DNA of 63,990 bases, the filler included, from Lama guanicoe (lineage: Eukaryota), in NCBI GenBank assembly GCA_013239625.1. It is 94 parts of 94 records of this genome, joined end to end, with 100 filler letters (N's around TTAATTAATTAA, not from the genome) between each part and the next. Parts side by side here need not be neighbours in the genome. Positions count along the whole stretch, not along the records: positions 26,237 to 26,690 come from PNXV01029025.1; positions 26,791 to 27,399 come from PNXV01029026.1; positions 27,500 to 28,079 come from PNXV01029027.1; positions 28,180 to 28,828 come from PNXV01029028.1; positions 28,929 to 29,811 come from PNXV01029029.1; positions 29,912 to 30,456 come from PNXV01029030.1; positions 30,557 to 31,039 come from PNXV01029031.1; positions 31,140 to 31,646 come from PNXV01029032.1; 86 more parts are not named here. One strand, written 5' to 3'. Position 1 is the stretch's first letter, and the number at the start of each line of letters is the position of its first letter. Position numbers and translations under genes: made by a program. Below the pieces are notes generated by a model. It saw only the letters and a list, made by a program, of their open reading frames with translations, was not told where the DNA came from and did no database searches. This document shows, one piece after another, positions 26,237 to 39,565 of this stretch.

Positions 26237-26690
26237 TAGAGCTCTTAGCCTTAAAGGGACATAAGGCTGACAAAGAAAATCGGCAGCTTTCCCAAACCTG
26301 GGATTTAAATTTAGGGCATCTGGTATCAGAACAAAGGTTCCACCTAGATCCAGATAGACCCTACGTTTCCCCAAAAACCAAAACTAAGTTCCAACTGTCA
26401 GGTTTTTTTCAGGCTAAATGGTTATTGTCAAAATTCGGTTTCTGATTTCTTTCTTATGGCCAAACATCTATGTTTTACTCAACAATAACATCCCAACTCA
26501 ACTTTATGGGAAAAACTGGACAGCATAGCCTTCAAGGTCTTAAAGGAGAATTTGAAGAACTTACCTGCCATTGGGCATCCCAACTGTCAGATTCCCTTTT
26601 TCTTTTTTGTATGTGAAAAGAATGAAATGCCATTGGGGTATTCACCCCCAAACATGGGACCACCATGGACCCAAAATGATATTAAAGCCA
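26237..26690 (+). mobile_element. pol: Class I (ERV1, gamma/epsilon-like) endogenous retrovirus pol fragment, RT C-terminal to connection region, frameshifted
   Basis: From 26239: ELLALKGHKADKENRQLSQTWDLNLGHLVSEQRFHLDPDR; then PKTKFQL/GYCQN; then AFKVLKENLKNLPAIGHPNCQIPFFFFVCEK and NAIGVFTPKHG. These correspond to retroviral RT GHKVSKEKLQ..VKYLGH, GYCR, PALGxP..PFxLFV.E, ALGVLTQ. Confidence 0.9.
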
Positions 26691-26790
26691 NNNNNNNNNN
26701 NNNNNNNNNNNNNNNNNNNNNNNNNNNNNNNNNNTTAATTAATTAANNNNNNNNNNNNNNNNNNNNNNNNNNNNNNNNNNNNNNNNNNNN

Positions 26791-27399
26791 AACATTGTAA
26801 AATAACTATTACTCAATAAAAAATGTAAAAAAAAAAGAAAACAACTTATTGACAAACCAACAGAAAAAAACCCAAAATTTCATTAACATATAAGAGCTTT
26901 TAAAAATCAATAGAAAACTAGGTAAAGTGCAAGAGGAGATTCTCTGAAATGGAATGTGAGAAAGAATGCTATGGGAAAAAAAAATGCTAGTTCTCACTCA
27001 AAACTAAAAAAAATACAAATTAAAAGAATAATGAGATAGCATTTTTACCTATTCAAGGGGCTAGAATCAAAACTATGAAAATACCCAGAGGAAATTCGAG
27101 TGCTGAGGAGCAGACAGGCTTGCACATGCTAGATAAATGCAGCTTCTCTGGATGGGAATGTGGTCAAATCATAAACTGCATGGATATAACATGTAACACA
27201 AATTTTCACTAATAAAAACCTATCATGTAGTCATGACTGCACAAGTATGTGCAAATTGGCATTAACAAGATTGAAATACAGTATGAAAAAGCCTCCAAGA
27301 TTTATTGCTGTATGAAAAAGGCAAGATGCAAAGTACTATCCCATGTGTGTAAAAAAAAGTATGTGTATATCCTTGTACATTCATAAACAATTTTTGGAA
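26791..27399 (+). mobile_element. Young L1 3' terminus with A tail (26791-26840) followed by an old L1 fragment
   Basis: AACATTGTAAAATAACTATTACTCAATAAAAAATGT plus an A run; downstream AAATACAAATTAAAAGAATAATGAGATAGCATTTTTACCTATT is L1 ORF2-end-like. Confidence 0.75.
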
Positions 27400-30300
27400 N
27401 NNNNNNNNNNNNNNNNNNNNNNNNNNNNNNNNNNNNNNNNNNNTTAATTAATTAANNNNNNNNNNNNNNNNNNNNNNNNNNNNNNNNNNNNNNNNNNNNG
27501 TAAGGAATACTTCCGTTACCTTGAACTTAATCAAAGGCTTGACGGCAGATCACCAAGAAGCAATAGCTCTTAGAGATACGAAAGGGAGAGGTGTGCTTAT
27601 AAGTGGCAACAAGTCCTTTCTACTCCTGCAGCTCTTAAAGACAAGATGCTAACACTCCTTAACTTTACACATAGAATGTATGGAATCATAATTTGAAATA
27701 GATAATGCTGTAATGCTAATGTAAAAACAATTTGGTGTTTTTTTAATGAATAAAAAACAAAATTCCGAATTACTAATTGTCCTGGTTTATTGAATATCTG
27801 TTATTCAAAGATACTTGAAAGAGCACCTTCCTAACCTTCTGGACACATTCCTTCTTCCCAGAGCAACCGTATGGTTGGAATAGGATTTGCCATTTTCTTT
27901 TGATCCCACCCTACTGGCCGTAGTGATTTTTTCGGAAGTCAGTATCTAACCCGAGATGGACCAATCATCTCACCCCTCTTCCTCAGCCATAACCAAATCT
28001 AAGATGGGCCAATGAGAGCCCTTCGTTGGGGTTACCTTGAGTCTCAGATCAGTGTGGTTGGAGATATGAGCCTGTGGATNNNNNNNNNNNNNNNNNNNNN
28101 NNNNNNNNNNNNNNNNNNNNNNNTTAATTAATTAANNNNNNNNNNNNNNNNNNNNNNNNNNNNNNNNNNNNNNNNNNNNAGGGATAGTATAAATTTCTAG
28201 AAGAGTTCTAAAACCAGAATGATAAAATGTATTCGTCCTTCCCATTCCCATGGCTGTTAGCTTTCAGCATTTTAAATTTTATTTTCTTATGTTCTCTTCT
28301 TCCTGACAGAACCTTTATGGACATAAATAATTTAAAGACATAGCTCAGTTGTGGCTATCAAACTAGATTTCTTCTCTGAAGACCGTTTTCCAAGAAAAAT
28401 GGGTTATGGCTTTTAAAACTGGATGTCAGAGACAAAGGGAAGGATGAAAGCAGAGGGTACCCTAAGGTGACTGGAGGAAACATACTGTATTTAGAGCTAC
28501 CACTGGTTGAAGAGGTTACCCTGGAGCTCACACCAGGGCACCAGCAGCCATGGACCCAATGGAAGAGACAAGGTTGGTTGGTTTGGGGTAGAGTCTTCGA
28601 TTGTTTTTATTGCCAGTGTGACACCTCAAATCCAACTCAAAGTTGGAGACACTTACAAAGGCTTGTGTGAATGATGCCCATCTCCATGGTACATAATTCC
28701 CTCTTAATTCACTGCCCCAGACACGTGCCCCCTACACACACACATCAGCATTGTACAACACACAATGAGCAGCTGATTTCCATATTATACTTTTCTTTTG
28801 GATCCTTGGTATCTCACAACATGTAGTGNNNNNNNNNNNNNNNNNNNNNNNNNNNNNNNNNNNNNNNNNNNNTTAATTAATTAANNNNNNNNNNNNNNNN
28901 NNNNNNNNNNNNNNNNNNNNNNNNNNNNGAATTGCTTTTGTCTATTCAACCAGTCAATGAATCAACCAGCAAACAACCGATATTTATTGAATGCACAGTT
29001 CTTCAAATATGACTTGTTTTTAAGAGTTAATGAGCAGCCGAACCTTTTGGAGGGATTGGTTTAGAGAGCAGTGAAACATTATGTAACGGGACAGGATGGA
29101 GAAAGACCTAGAATGTCAAGCTAGATCTGAACTACAGATAATGAGGAGACAGACACCCCACTTCTCTCCTTCAGAGCACACTCTTTATAGTGATTGTGAA
29201 CTTGCCTGTTTCATTCAGTATCTTGTAAACTGTTTGAGATCTATGACAATTTCAGTGTTCTCCTGACCAGTCCAGACAACAGTGGGGTCTTCCATCAGAG
29301 CCTCCCAGGCCAGTTCAGTCACCTGCCCGTAATCTGAGCCCAGCCCGTGTCTGAGAAGGGATTGACTCTCAGAGGTTGGAGTAAGTTAAGAACCTAAAAT
29401 GAGCACAAACTTATTTGCCATGAGCTTCCTTTCTTCTTCTAGAAAGAAAAAAATGTTTATTTTTCTTTTGGGGGAATTCTAGGTCAGTGGCTTACGCTCT
29501 GATATCCAGGGTCCTTTTAATTTGCTGCTCCAGGAGGGCAAGGCTTGGAACTAACTGCTCTAGGATGCTCACCAGTGCAGTGCCTCACCACTGCGCTTGC
29601 ACACGAGAGAGCCAGCGTTAAGTTCCAGGACATCAGTTATTTTACTTAAGAGCTTTGAAGGGATCATTCTACAGTTCTCCAGTCTCTGTTGTTCGTAAAG
29701 AACTCTCCTATCAATCTACTCATAATTCTTTTATAGTGTAGCCTTGTTTTCTTTCTCGTTGTTTTTATGGTTTCTTTTTGTCTCTGATGTTCAGAAGTTT
29801 TACTGTGATGANNNNNNNNNNNNNNNNNNNNNNNNNNNNNNNNNNNNNNNNNNNNTTAATTAATTAANNNNNNNNNNNNNNNNNNNNNNNNNNNNNNNNN
29901 NNNNNNNNNNNAGTCTTGCACTTACTAGGTGGTCTGTATATCAACAGATTACTCCAAAAATGTAATGATTCCTATGGCTAATATTTTCCCATTTCAAGCT
30001 TGTACGTGAGGGGACAAAGGATGTGACTAATTCCTTTTATAGCCTCTATGATATCACATGGTACTGAAGATCTAAATTCAAAGACCTCTTAAGTCAGAAC
30101 AAAGCTGGTCTGTGGAAAGGAAAGACAGCTTTGACACCAAGCAGAAAGGTGATGGTGTTGGCCAGGTGTTTCTGTCTAACATCAAAAGTTGTGTTAAGCC
30201 TGCGCTTTCAACACAGCTTGACTAACAAGATCTGACCGACTGACAGCCACAACTATCTGGGAAGAGGGCTCCCATCTTCTGGGTGCTGCTGCCTGCTGTG

Positions 30301-30774
30301 CCCAGAACGGTCCACAAAATGCAATAAACATAACTAGATCATGAAATAGTGAGTGGCTCCATAGCAAAGCTAGCAGTGTTAATTACCAGTTGATTATTTT
30401 TTGTGTGAAACAGTGATGCTGGTTTCACACAAGTGAGTGGCTATTTTGTAATTGAANNNNNNNNNNNNNNNNNNNNNNNNNNNNNNNNNNNNNNNNNNNN
30501 TTAATTAATTAANNNNNNNNNNNNNNNNNNNNNNNNNNNNNNNNNNNNNNNNNNNNTTTCATTCATTAATTTAAAATTAAAATTCTAAGTGATAATATTT
30601 CATACATTACTTGGCAGTGGGTTTTTTTTTCCTCAGTGATTCATAAAATAACAATGTGTGTTTATAGTCAGTGAAATATTCCATAAAATATTGTGTTTGA
30701 ATGGTGCCATATTGTAACCATATTGATTTTCTAGTTTTAGCTGTTACCAAACTTTCTACTAAAACGTTCCTTAG

Positions 30775-30936
<162 letters not shown>

Positions 30937-31139
30937 TAATGTTTTTAGGTAATATTTGTGTTTAGTCTTTTAAAATAATTTTGCCTTTTTAAACTGGTAC
31001 TTCAGGAATTGGAATGACTAATCTTAAATTCCAAACTATNNNNNNNNNNNNNNNNNNNNNNNNNNNNNNNNNNNNNNNNNNNNTTAATTAATTAANNNNN
31101 NNNNNNNNNNNNNNNNNNNNNNNNNNNNNNNNNNNNNNN

Positions 31140-31646
31140 AGATAAAAACTTACAGTTATGAAATGAATAAATCACAGGGATATAATATCCAGCATAAGGA
31201 ATACAGTGAATCATAGTGTAATAAATTGTATGGTAACAGATGGTTACTAGAGTTATCATGATCATCATTTTTAATGTATTTAAATGTCAAATCATGTTGT
31301 ACACCTAAATGAACAAAATATGGCTTATCAACTATACTTCAACTTAAACAAAATGAAACAAAAATGGGCAAAATACTTGAACAGACACTTTGTCAGTTAA
31401 GACATATGACTAATAAGGTCCTGAAAAGATGTTCAACATCATTATTCATCATGAAAATGCAGATTAAAACCATTCCTATATCTACACATCTCCTTGAGTG
31501 GCTAATTTGAAAAAAAAATGTCAATCAAATCTTGAAGAGAATGTAGAGCATCTGAAAATTTCATGAATTTTTGGGAGGAGTATAAAATGACACAATGCTT
31601 TGGAAAACTGATTGGAGGTTTCTTGAAAATGTAATTATACATCAGT
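31140..31646 (+). mobile_element. L1 3' UTR end (31140-~31345) followed by an older L1 ORF2 fragment
   Basis: CAGTTATGAAATGAATAAATCACAGGGATATAAT...TCAACTATACTTCAA, then AAATGGGCAAAATACTTGAACAGACACTT...GAAAATGCAGATTAAAACCA. Confidence 0.85.
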
Positions 31647-32429
31647 NNNNNNNNNNNNNNNNNNNNNNNNNNNNNNNNNNNNNNNNNNNNTTAATTAATT
31701 AANNNNNNNNNNNNNNNNNNNNNNNNNNNNNNNNNNNNNNNNNNNNGAAAAGGGACAGGTTAGTTTCCTCTTAGAAACTGCTGCCAATTGCTGGATGGTC
31801 ACAATCTGACCAAAGTACCCCAGCAACACAGCACAAAAACACAGTGGAGTTTTGAATTATTAAGAAAGCAATATGGTTTTTTCTTGTTCTTAACACGCTA
31901 AATAGATGACCTAATGTTGTGTGATTTCAGACACACACACAGTGTGGGTCAGATAGGATTTTGGCCTCTTCAGAGTTTGCAACCCAATGAATGCGATATA
32001 TAAAAACAACAAAAAACAACAAGATCTAGATGTCTCAGGTCGGGGCTGCATTTAGCTCATGATGGAAATCAGCGGCACCCAGCTGTGTGGTACGCAGCGG
32101 GGTAATCCTAAGGCTTTGGAGATCTAACCTGAACAACCCTAATTCTCTCTTGTTAAACCCCAACACTATTTGTTTATACCTAAGACCCTCCCCATCTCCC
32201 CAGTCTCCCTCTCTCAGTTCTCTTGGTGTGTGTCTACATCTTACAAATGCTATAAAACAAACACAAGAAAACAGCAAGCAGACTGAACTATGAACGCGCA
32301 AACAGCCCGAGAGCAGTCTACCATTAACGNNNNNNNNNNNNNNNNNNNNNNNNNNNNNNNNNNNNNNNNNNNNTTAATTAATTAANNNNNNNNNNNNNNN
32401 NNNNNNNNNNNNNNNNNNNNNNNNNNNNN

Positions 32430-32981
32430 CACCTTAACAACTTTTACAAACAGATAAGTAGTTTGTAAACAAGGCAATTGTGCTTTCTGCTAAGGTTTTC
32501 ACAAAAAGCCAAGGTTAAAAATAGATGTGAGAAAACTTTTTATTCCCACTGGTCCTAACTTTTTATTAGTGTTCTGACATTTGTTCATGTGCCAGGCATT
32601 CCATACAGTTCAAAATTAAATGCACTTTCTGATATTGGGTTCAAATTTCTTCCTGAGATCTTCTTTAAGAGCCACCAGCTCTTATTATATACCTCCCTCT
32701 TCTTTTCTTCTTTCTTTGTCCACAGCTCATTCTTCCTTTCAACTCACTACCTCCTTTCTTCACTCACTAAGCACATTGAAAAGAAAGATACAGAATTAGA
32801 TGGAGTTATTGTACTATTACAAGGAGGAAGATCAGGTGCTGGACAGGTATAAAATAGTCAAACTTTGATAAAGAGGGTTACTGAGAGGTAAGAAAAGTAA
32901 AAGAAATATATATATAAATATATATATAAAATGCACACAAAAATTTATATCACCCATAGAGACAGATCTAGGACCCCAGAA
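32430..32981 (+). repeat. Duplicate contig, copy 1 (pairs with 50664-51218)
   Basis: Identical ends (CACCTTAACAAC...GGACCCCAGAA) and about 98% identical. Confidence 0.93.
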
Positions 32982-34744
32982 NNNNNNNNNNNNNNNNNNN
33001 NNNNNNNNNNNNNNNNNNNNNNNNNTTAATTAATTAANNNNNNNNNNNNNNNNNNNNNNNNNNNNNNNNNNNNNNNNNNNNCACATCCCATGATTTGAGG
33101 TGAAAAAATAAATTCACATTCACTAGACCCCTACCACATGCATGCCAAACACAGAATTCTACAATACCTCTATGAGATGTTTGATATCTTATACACATTT
33201 TATAAGTTTAGAAACTGAAGCTCAGAGAGACTAAATCACTCAAGTAGCAAGCATTAGAATGGGGTTATAAACCCATGACTGTGTCTGAAAATAAAATGCA
33301 CCAGCACATCTGGCAACATAATTCTCTGGAACATTTCCTCTATTGTTCTGTTATTTCATGGAATCCTTATCCATTTCTCATGTTATTTCACTTTTCAGAT
33401 ACTTGTATATATTTTCCGAATTTGATGCTAAGTTTCTTCATGATAAGAGCCATACATTTAACATTTTTTTATTCCCCATAGTTCCTTATACAAACAGATG
33501 AACAATAAATGCCTATTTATTTGATAAGATTTGTTTTACTTAATAATTCANNNNNNNNNNNNNNNNNNNNNNNNNNNNNNNNNNNNNNNNNNNNTTAATT
33601 AATTAANNNNNNNNNNNNNNNNNNNNNNNNNNNNNNNNNNNNNNNNNNNNAACAGCTGTAAGGATAGTTTATTAAGAGATTGGTTCATCAATGAGTCTGA
33701 GGTGTCACATCTAGAAGTGGCAAACATAGGAGGAATCCACATGCTCCTAAAGGCTTTTCTCCATGAATCCAGCTCTTTTAAATAATTAGAAGATCCCCAA
33801 GAAAATATTTTAATGTTGCATACATTAGGGAGGGAAAGAAAAACAGCCACTGCAGGGAGACATAAAATTCTTCCACTTGGATCTTTTTTCTCAAAATCCC
33901 CTTTGAAGCATAGCCTTAAATTGTGAAGGGAGAGGAAAGGCAACAAACATGGCAATGATTAGGGTACTGGTGAAAACCTGTTGTGACCAAGAGAAAGGAA
34001 TGAAGTGGGGAAAGTGCTCTGTACACTTGCAGAGGGCCAAGTACAAATACTGGTGTCAGAGATATATCAGGAAAGGGGTAGGAGTACTGAGAAGGCCACA
34101 TCCCTCAAATTTAGGACAGGGTGACTGTCTAAAACAGAAGCTTAGTCAGATACATAGAAATGTCTCCCATTCCCAACCACAAGACTAACAGTCATCGAAT
34201 AACAGTCAACGTCAAGAGCTATACCTCTCTGAATGTGTGTTAAAGGGGAGATCTAAATCTGAGAATGGAGCAGCCATTGAAACAAAACCCTCTAGCAGAC
34301 TAACCTCCACCAGAAACACAAAATACCTCAAGGGGTTTGAACCATTTGGTAAACTGAAAGCAACCATAGTAACCAGTCAGACCCAACCCAACTCCTAATT
34401 ACATTAACTGAAAAGCCTAACACAAAGAAAGGTGTGTGTATTTCCAGGGGTAAACATATTTACCCCAGTCTCTATTTTCTTACACAATATAACTGGTTTT
34501 CAATGATAGGCAAGGAAAAACACACAACAAAGAGATAAAAGAATTATTAAAAACATATCCACGCATGACAAATGTCGGTACTACTCATTTAAGACTATTA
34601 TGATTAAAATATTAAAAGTTCTAGTAAGAAAATTGGGAAACCCGNNNNNNNNNNNNNNNNNNNNNNNNNNNNNNNNNNNNNNNNNNNNTTAATTAATTAA
34701 NNNNNNNNNNNNNNNNNNNNNNNNNNNNNNNNNNNNNNNNNNNN

Positions 34745-34874
34745 GATGAATCTCCCAGCTGAGCTCTGCCCAAATTCCCAACCCACAAAATGGGAAGATA
34801 ACAATAAAATAGTTGCGATTCTAAGCCAGTAAGTTTCACGGGGGGTTGGCAGGCAGCAATAGGTAAATGGAACA
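34745..34874 (+). mobile_element. MaLR LTR 3' end (MLT1F/G/H-like)
   Basis: CCCAGCTGAGC...CCAAATTCCCAACCCACAAAAT...AATAAA...TAAGCCAGTAAGTTT...GCAGCAATAGGTAAATGGAACA. Confidence 0.8.
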
Positions 34875-37473
34875 CCAGGGACCTCTAAAATATTCAATAT
34901 CAGAGTTACATAAAACCACAAGATAAACATGGTGAATTTTCCAGAAGCATTGATATTATGCAACATTTTAGGGAAAAATATTAAAATAATTCAGCTAATA
35001 AACAAACTGAAACATGTTTACATTTTAATAAACTACATAGATATAAACACATAGATAAAATTTTTATAATGAGACCCAATATTTTGCATGTTCTTGGTGC
35101 TTCACTCTGTTTTACAGTAAGTTTCCTGAAATTCACTTTCCTCTGCTTTTAAAGTACTTTGTGGAAAAGTGAGAAATGCTCATGAAAAGGAAAGGATAGA
35201 ATGTCTACACTCCACTAGCATTTGTCTCGCTTTTCTTTACACAGATCCTGNNNNNNNNNNNNNNNNNNNNNNNNNNNNNNNNNNNNNNNNNNNNTTAATT
35301 AATTAANNNNNNNNNNNNNNNNNNNNNNNNNNNNNNNNNNNNNNNNNNNNTTTTAAAGCTTTAAGGAGAGTGTCAGCCTGCCCTCATCTACACAGCCCAT
35401 CATATTCTACATTTTTGCAGATACACTCAAAAAAATATTTGTAAAACCAAGCCCCTCACTGGCACTTACAGTAAATTCTTAAGGCACATTGCATATTCAA
35501 TCCCAACTTGAGCTAATAATCCTAAATATTATTAAAAACAGATGATGTATGAACAGGACAGTTGAGGAAGAACAGGAAAAAAAATGAAATCCAAATATGT
35601 ATAGCTTTTTATCATTCATTCAACAAACATTTGTTAAGTTTCCCTTACATACTAGATGCCAGAGATGAATGAGGCAGGGGTAGTGAGGAAGGCAGCCTGT
35701 ATACTTTCATGGAGGGAGTTTATATAACTTGTAAATAGTGAGGTGCTGAACAAAGAGACATTTGAAACCCAGCACAGTTCTGGGCAATCCATTTGCACTA
35801 GTCTTAGCTGAGTAAAAGAATAATTAACACATAGATCTTTAAAACACTGCATAAGAAAAGAGTAGGGCTCCAACGTGCTGATTCCAAGCCAGGTGAGAAA
35901 TAATGTTTATACAAATGGATTAAGAGAAAAAGTTGTGACGTTTAGAGGGCCCTTGATCCAAAGATTATGACAATCAAAGCAAAGAGAACAGCCCCAGTTC
36001 AAGATGGCACCTTTGAGAAGGGGGAGGTCAGCTGATCAAAGGACAGTATGATGAGTCTAATGAGGATAAGAGACAAACCCTNNNNNNNNNNNNNNNNNNN
36101 NNNNNNNNNNNNNNNNNNNNNNNNNTTAATTAATTAANNNNNNNNNNNNNNNNNNNNNNNNNNNNNNNNNNNNNNNNNNNNTTCTCTTCATTTGAAACTC
36201 CAACTATATGTAAGATCTGCCTCTTGGAATGTCCCACAGGTAACTGACACTTTGTTTACCTATTGTTTTATTTTGAATATTTCTTCTCTTTGCTTTAATT
36301 TAGAAATACCTAATGAATTATCTTCAGTTTTACTAATCAGTATTTTTGTGTCTAATATACTTTAAAGCTCACATTTATGTTTGTAGATACATATTTTTTA
36401 GAGAATACGTTTCTTTTATAATTTCCATTTACTTCATTCTTAGTTTCCATTTTTCTTCTGAAATACATCATCTGCTAACTTTTAGGTCTACTTTATCCTG
36501 TAATTAAAATATATACGTGTATTAGTAATAATGGTTGCAGAGTCCTCATCTGCTAGTTCTAGTAATTTGGTTACCTGTGCTGATGCTTTGTGTCTTTTCT
36601 CCTGATTCCATGTTATATTTTTGTTTTTGTTTTTGTTTTTTTTTGGTGGATGTTTCCCATCAGTTTTATTACTTATAGTCACAACATTGTAAAGAAAATA
36701 ACTATATATATTNNNNNNNNNNNNNNNNNNNNNNNNNNNNNNNNNNNNNNNNNNNNTTAATTAATTAANNNNNNNNNNNNNNNNNNNNNNNNNNNNNNNN
36801 NNNNNNNNNNNNAAAATGGTTCCATGATATTTTAGTTTCTCTCTGAGGAAAGGAAAATGAAAAGTGAGTGCTAGATTAGTAAGTTCTCAAAGCTGCCTGT
36901 CTCTTAGAGTTTCAGTTAATTGAAATGAGGTAAAGAGGCTGATTTCAGTAAACTGACTATTTCTAGTTGTTTTTCAATTATTAGTCTTCAAATCATGTCT
37001 CCTTGCCTACCAGTCTTCCTTATCCTCAAAGTTGAGGGGAAATTGTAAAGAGACATACATGCCTATTTATAAGAAATTGTAATTGAAGGGAACTCTAAAA
37101 AATCTTCCTTCTCACTAGTTCTTAGGTCTTTCTTTAAGTTATCTGCGTCTTCTCATCAGCACTTTGTCATTAAGTTAATCTCAACGTTTATTACATTACA
37201 GTTTATAGGAGACCAATTTGTACTGTATACAAGTTACATTTCTTGTCATCTTTTGACATCCTTTTTTCTGTTTATGTGTTTTTGCCTAACAAACTCCCCA
37301 AAGTTCAGTGGCTTAAACAAGCAATTATTTTGTTCACAATCTGCACTTAGGAAAAGTGTGGCCAAGACAGCTGNNNNNNNNNNNNNNNNNNNNNNNNNNN
37401 NNNNNNNNNNNNNNNNNTTAATTAATTAANNNNNNNNNNNNNNNNNNNNNNNNNNNNNNNNNNNNNNNNNNNN

Positions 37474-37978
37474 TTAGTTTTCTGCTGTTGTGATCAAAAA
37501 AGGTGCTTGAAGTAATTTTTTTTCCTCTTAAATTTGTTGAGGCTTCAACCGATTATGTGGTCTAGCCTGAAAAATGTTCCACACACACTTGAAAATGATG
37601 TATATTCTGGCTTTTTTTGGATATGTAATGTCCTAAAAGTATCAATTCAGTCCAACTGTTCTAATATGTCATCTAGTATCTCTGTTGCCTTACTGATTTT
37701 CTGTTTGGAAGATCTGTCCAAATGACCTAGTATTATTGTGTTCCCATTTATTTCTCCCACTATGTTTGTTAGTATTTGTTTTATGTATTTAGGTGCTCCT
37801 ATATTGGGTGCACATACGTTAATGAGTGTAATATCCTCATCTCATGTTGCTCCTTCGATTGTTATATGATGTCCATCTTTACCTTTCTCATGATCTTTTT
37901 TTTAAAGTCCAGTTTGTATGGATTAGAAATACTACTCCTGCTTTGTATCATTTCCTTTTGCATGAAACATCTTTTTCC
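37474..37978 (-). mobile_element. LINE-1 ORF2 endonuclease region (antisense)
   Basis: AAATGTTCCACACACACTTGAAAATGATGTATATTCTG (YTSFSSVCGTF on minus), and TATTTAGGTGCTCCTATATTGGGTGCA (APNIGAPKY). Confidence 0.93.
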
Positions 37979-38782
37979 NNNNNNNNNNNNNNNNNNNNNN
38001 NNNNNNNNNNNNNNNNNNNNNNTTAATTAATTAANNNNNNNNNNNNNNNNNNNNNNNNNNNNNNNNNNNNNNNNNNNNTCGGTTTGTTTTCAGGCATGGT
38101 CCATGGAAAAACTGTGAATTAAATGCAGTTTGTCTTTATATTTCCCCTATAATTTTTGCCATGTTACCCAGAACACAGTGATACTGCCTAGTGTTACCTA
38201 TGACTAAGGCTAAGTTTGTTAAATATCGCAAACCTGTAAGCGTGTGAGTCTGACAGCAGGGCTGTCTGGTCTGCACGTGCCTTGTAGTCCTCCATCCATG
38301 GGCAGTTGACCATACTCATGGTGTGGTCTTCAGCCAAAAAACAGCCATCCACCACAGAGTAAAAGATTTTTCAAGATCAGTGAAAACATGTGGTGCTCAG
38401 AGCATTTTTATTCTGTAAAGTTTATATCCAGCCTGAGTCTAAACCTTTTAATCATAACAGACTTTCACTGTAGGTCATTTATTTCACCTCTGTTTTCAGT
38501 TTGAGAAAATAAGGAAACCAGCATTACATCAACTTCTTAAGGGAATAGACATTTTCTGTAACAGCCCTGCCACCGTGGCTTTGAACAGTCACTTAACCTC
38601 TCTGTGTCTTCCTCTCTAGAAATCTGATAAGAGAGCATCTTACTCCAAGTTCTACATTCATCTCACGAGATCGAATCACGGGNNNNNNNNNNNNNNNNNN
38701 NNNNNNNNNNNNNNNNNNNNNNNNNNTTAATTAATTAANNNNNNNNNNNNNNNNNNNNNNNNNNNNNNNNNNNNNNNNNNNN

Positions 38783-39565
38783 TGTTTCCTAATGCCCGGT
38801 TTAAATTCCTGCTGTTTTCACTGTAAATCCGTTTTGGAGCTTGTACCCCTCAGTATATATTAAAGTAGTCGAACTTGCAACTTCAAAGAAATTTTGTGTT
38901 CCCAGGAAGCGAAATGACGGACGGCTTTGACACACAATTATGTCTCAGAGCAGAGCATGTGGAGAGACTTTCGTTCATCTAGCACAAAGGAAACGGGTTG
39001 CAGGTGAAACACTTACTGTGGTTTCTTTGTCTGTTTCCTAGTGCCGGTTTGAATTTCCTTCAATTTGACTGTAAAACCGAGTTTGAAATTGTACTTCCCC
39101 ATATATATGTATGTATTGTGGTTTGCAAATGAAAAGAAACTTTGTGTTCCCAAAAACTTAGGTCAAGGGCTGCTTCCACACGCACTTAAATCTGATAACT
39201 GAGAATGTGGAGAGTCGTTAGTTCATCTAACTCAAAGGAAAAGGTTTGCAGGAGAAACAATACTCTGGTTGATAATTCCGTTTCCTAATGCCGGTTTGAT
39301 ATTCCTGCATCTTTCAATGTAACACCGCTTTGGAACTTGTTACTCCCCATATAAATGTATGTAGTGGGGTTTGCATCTGAAAGGAAACTTTGTGCTCCCA
39401 ACAAGCTAGGTGAAAGACAACTTTCACACCCAATTATCTCTTAGAAATTAGCATGTGGAGAGACGTTCTTTCATGTAGCAAAAAGTTAACGGGTTGCTGA
39501 GGAACACATACTCTGATTTCTCAGTCTGTTTCATACTGCATGTATGAAGTTCTTTCAATTTTCAC
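38783..39565. repeat. Satellite DNA, ~248-bp monomer, ~3.2 diverged tandem copies
   Basis: Monomer starts (YGTTTCMTA..GC) at 38783, 39032, 39279, 39527 (periods 249, 247, 248). Shared blocks are GAAA(C/T)TTTGTG(T/C)TCCCA and ATGTGGAGAG. Confidence 0.93.

Noticed and set aside
30401..30432. Perfect 11-bp inverted repeat TTGTGTGAAAC-N10-GTTTCACACAA
   Set aside because: Too short for a pre-miRNA; one such stem in ~55 kb of AT-rich DNA is within chance.
32589..32852. 87-aa ORF apparently conserved twice (also 50826-51089)
   Set aside because: The repetition only reflects the duplicated contig; GTG start and low-complexity Phe/Ser/Leu composition.
38969..38998. CENP-B-box-like halves in the satellite (TTTCGTT ... 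GGAAACGGG)
   Set aside because: The halves are separated by 13 extra nt, breaking the required TTCG-N4-A-N2-CGGG spacing, and are not conserved together in the other monomers.
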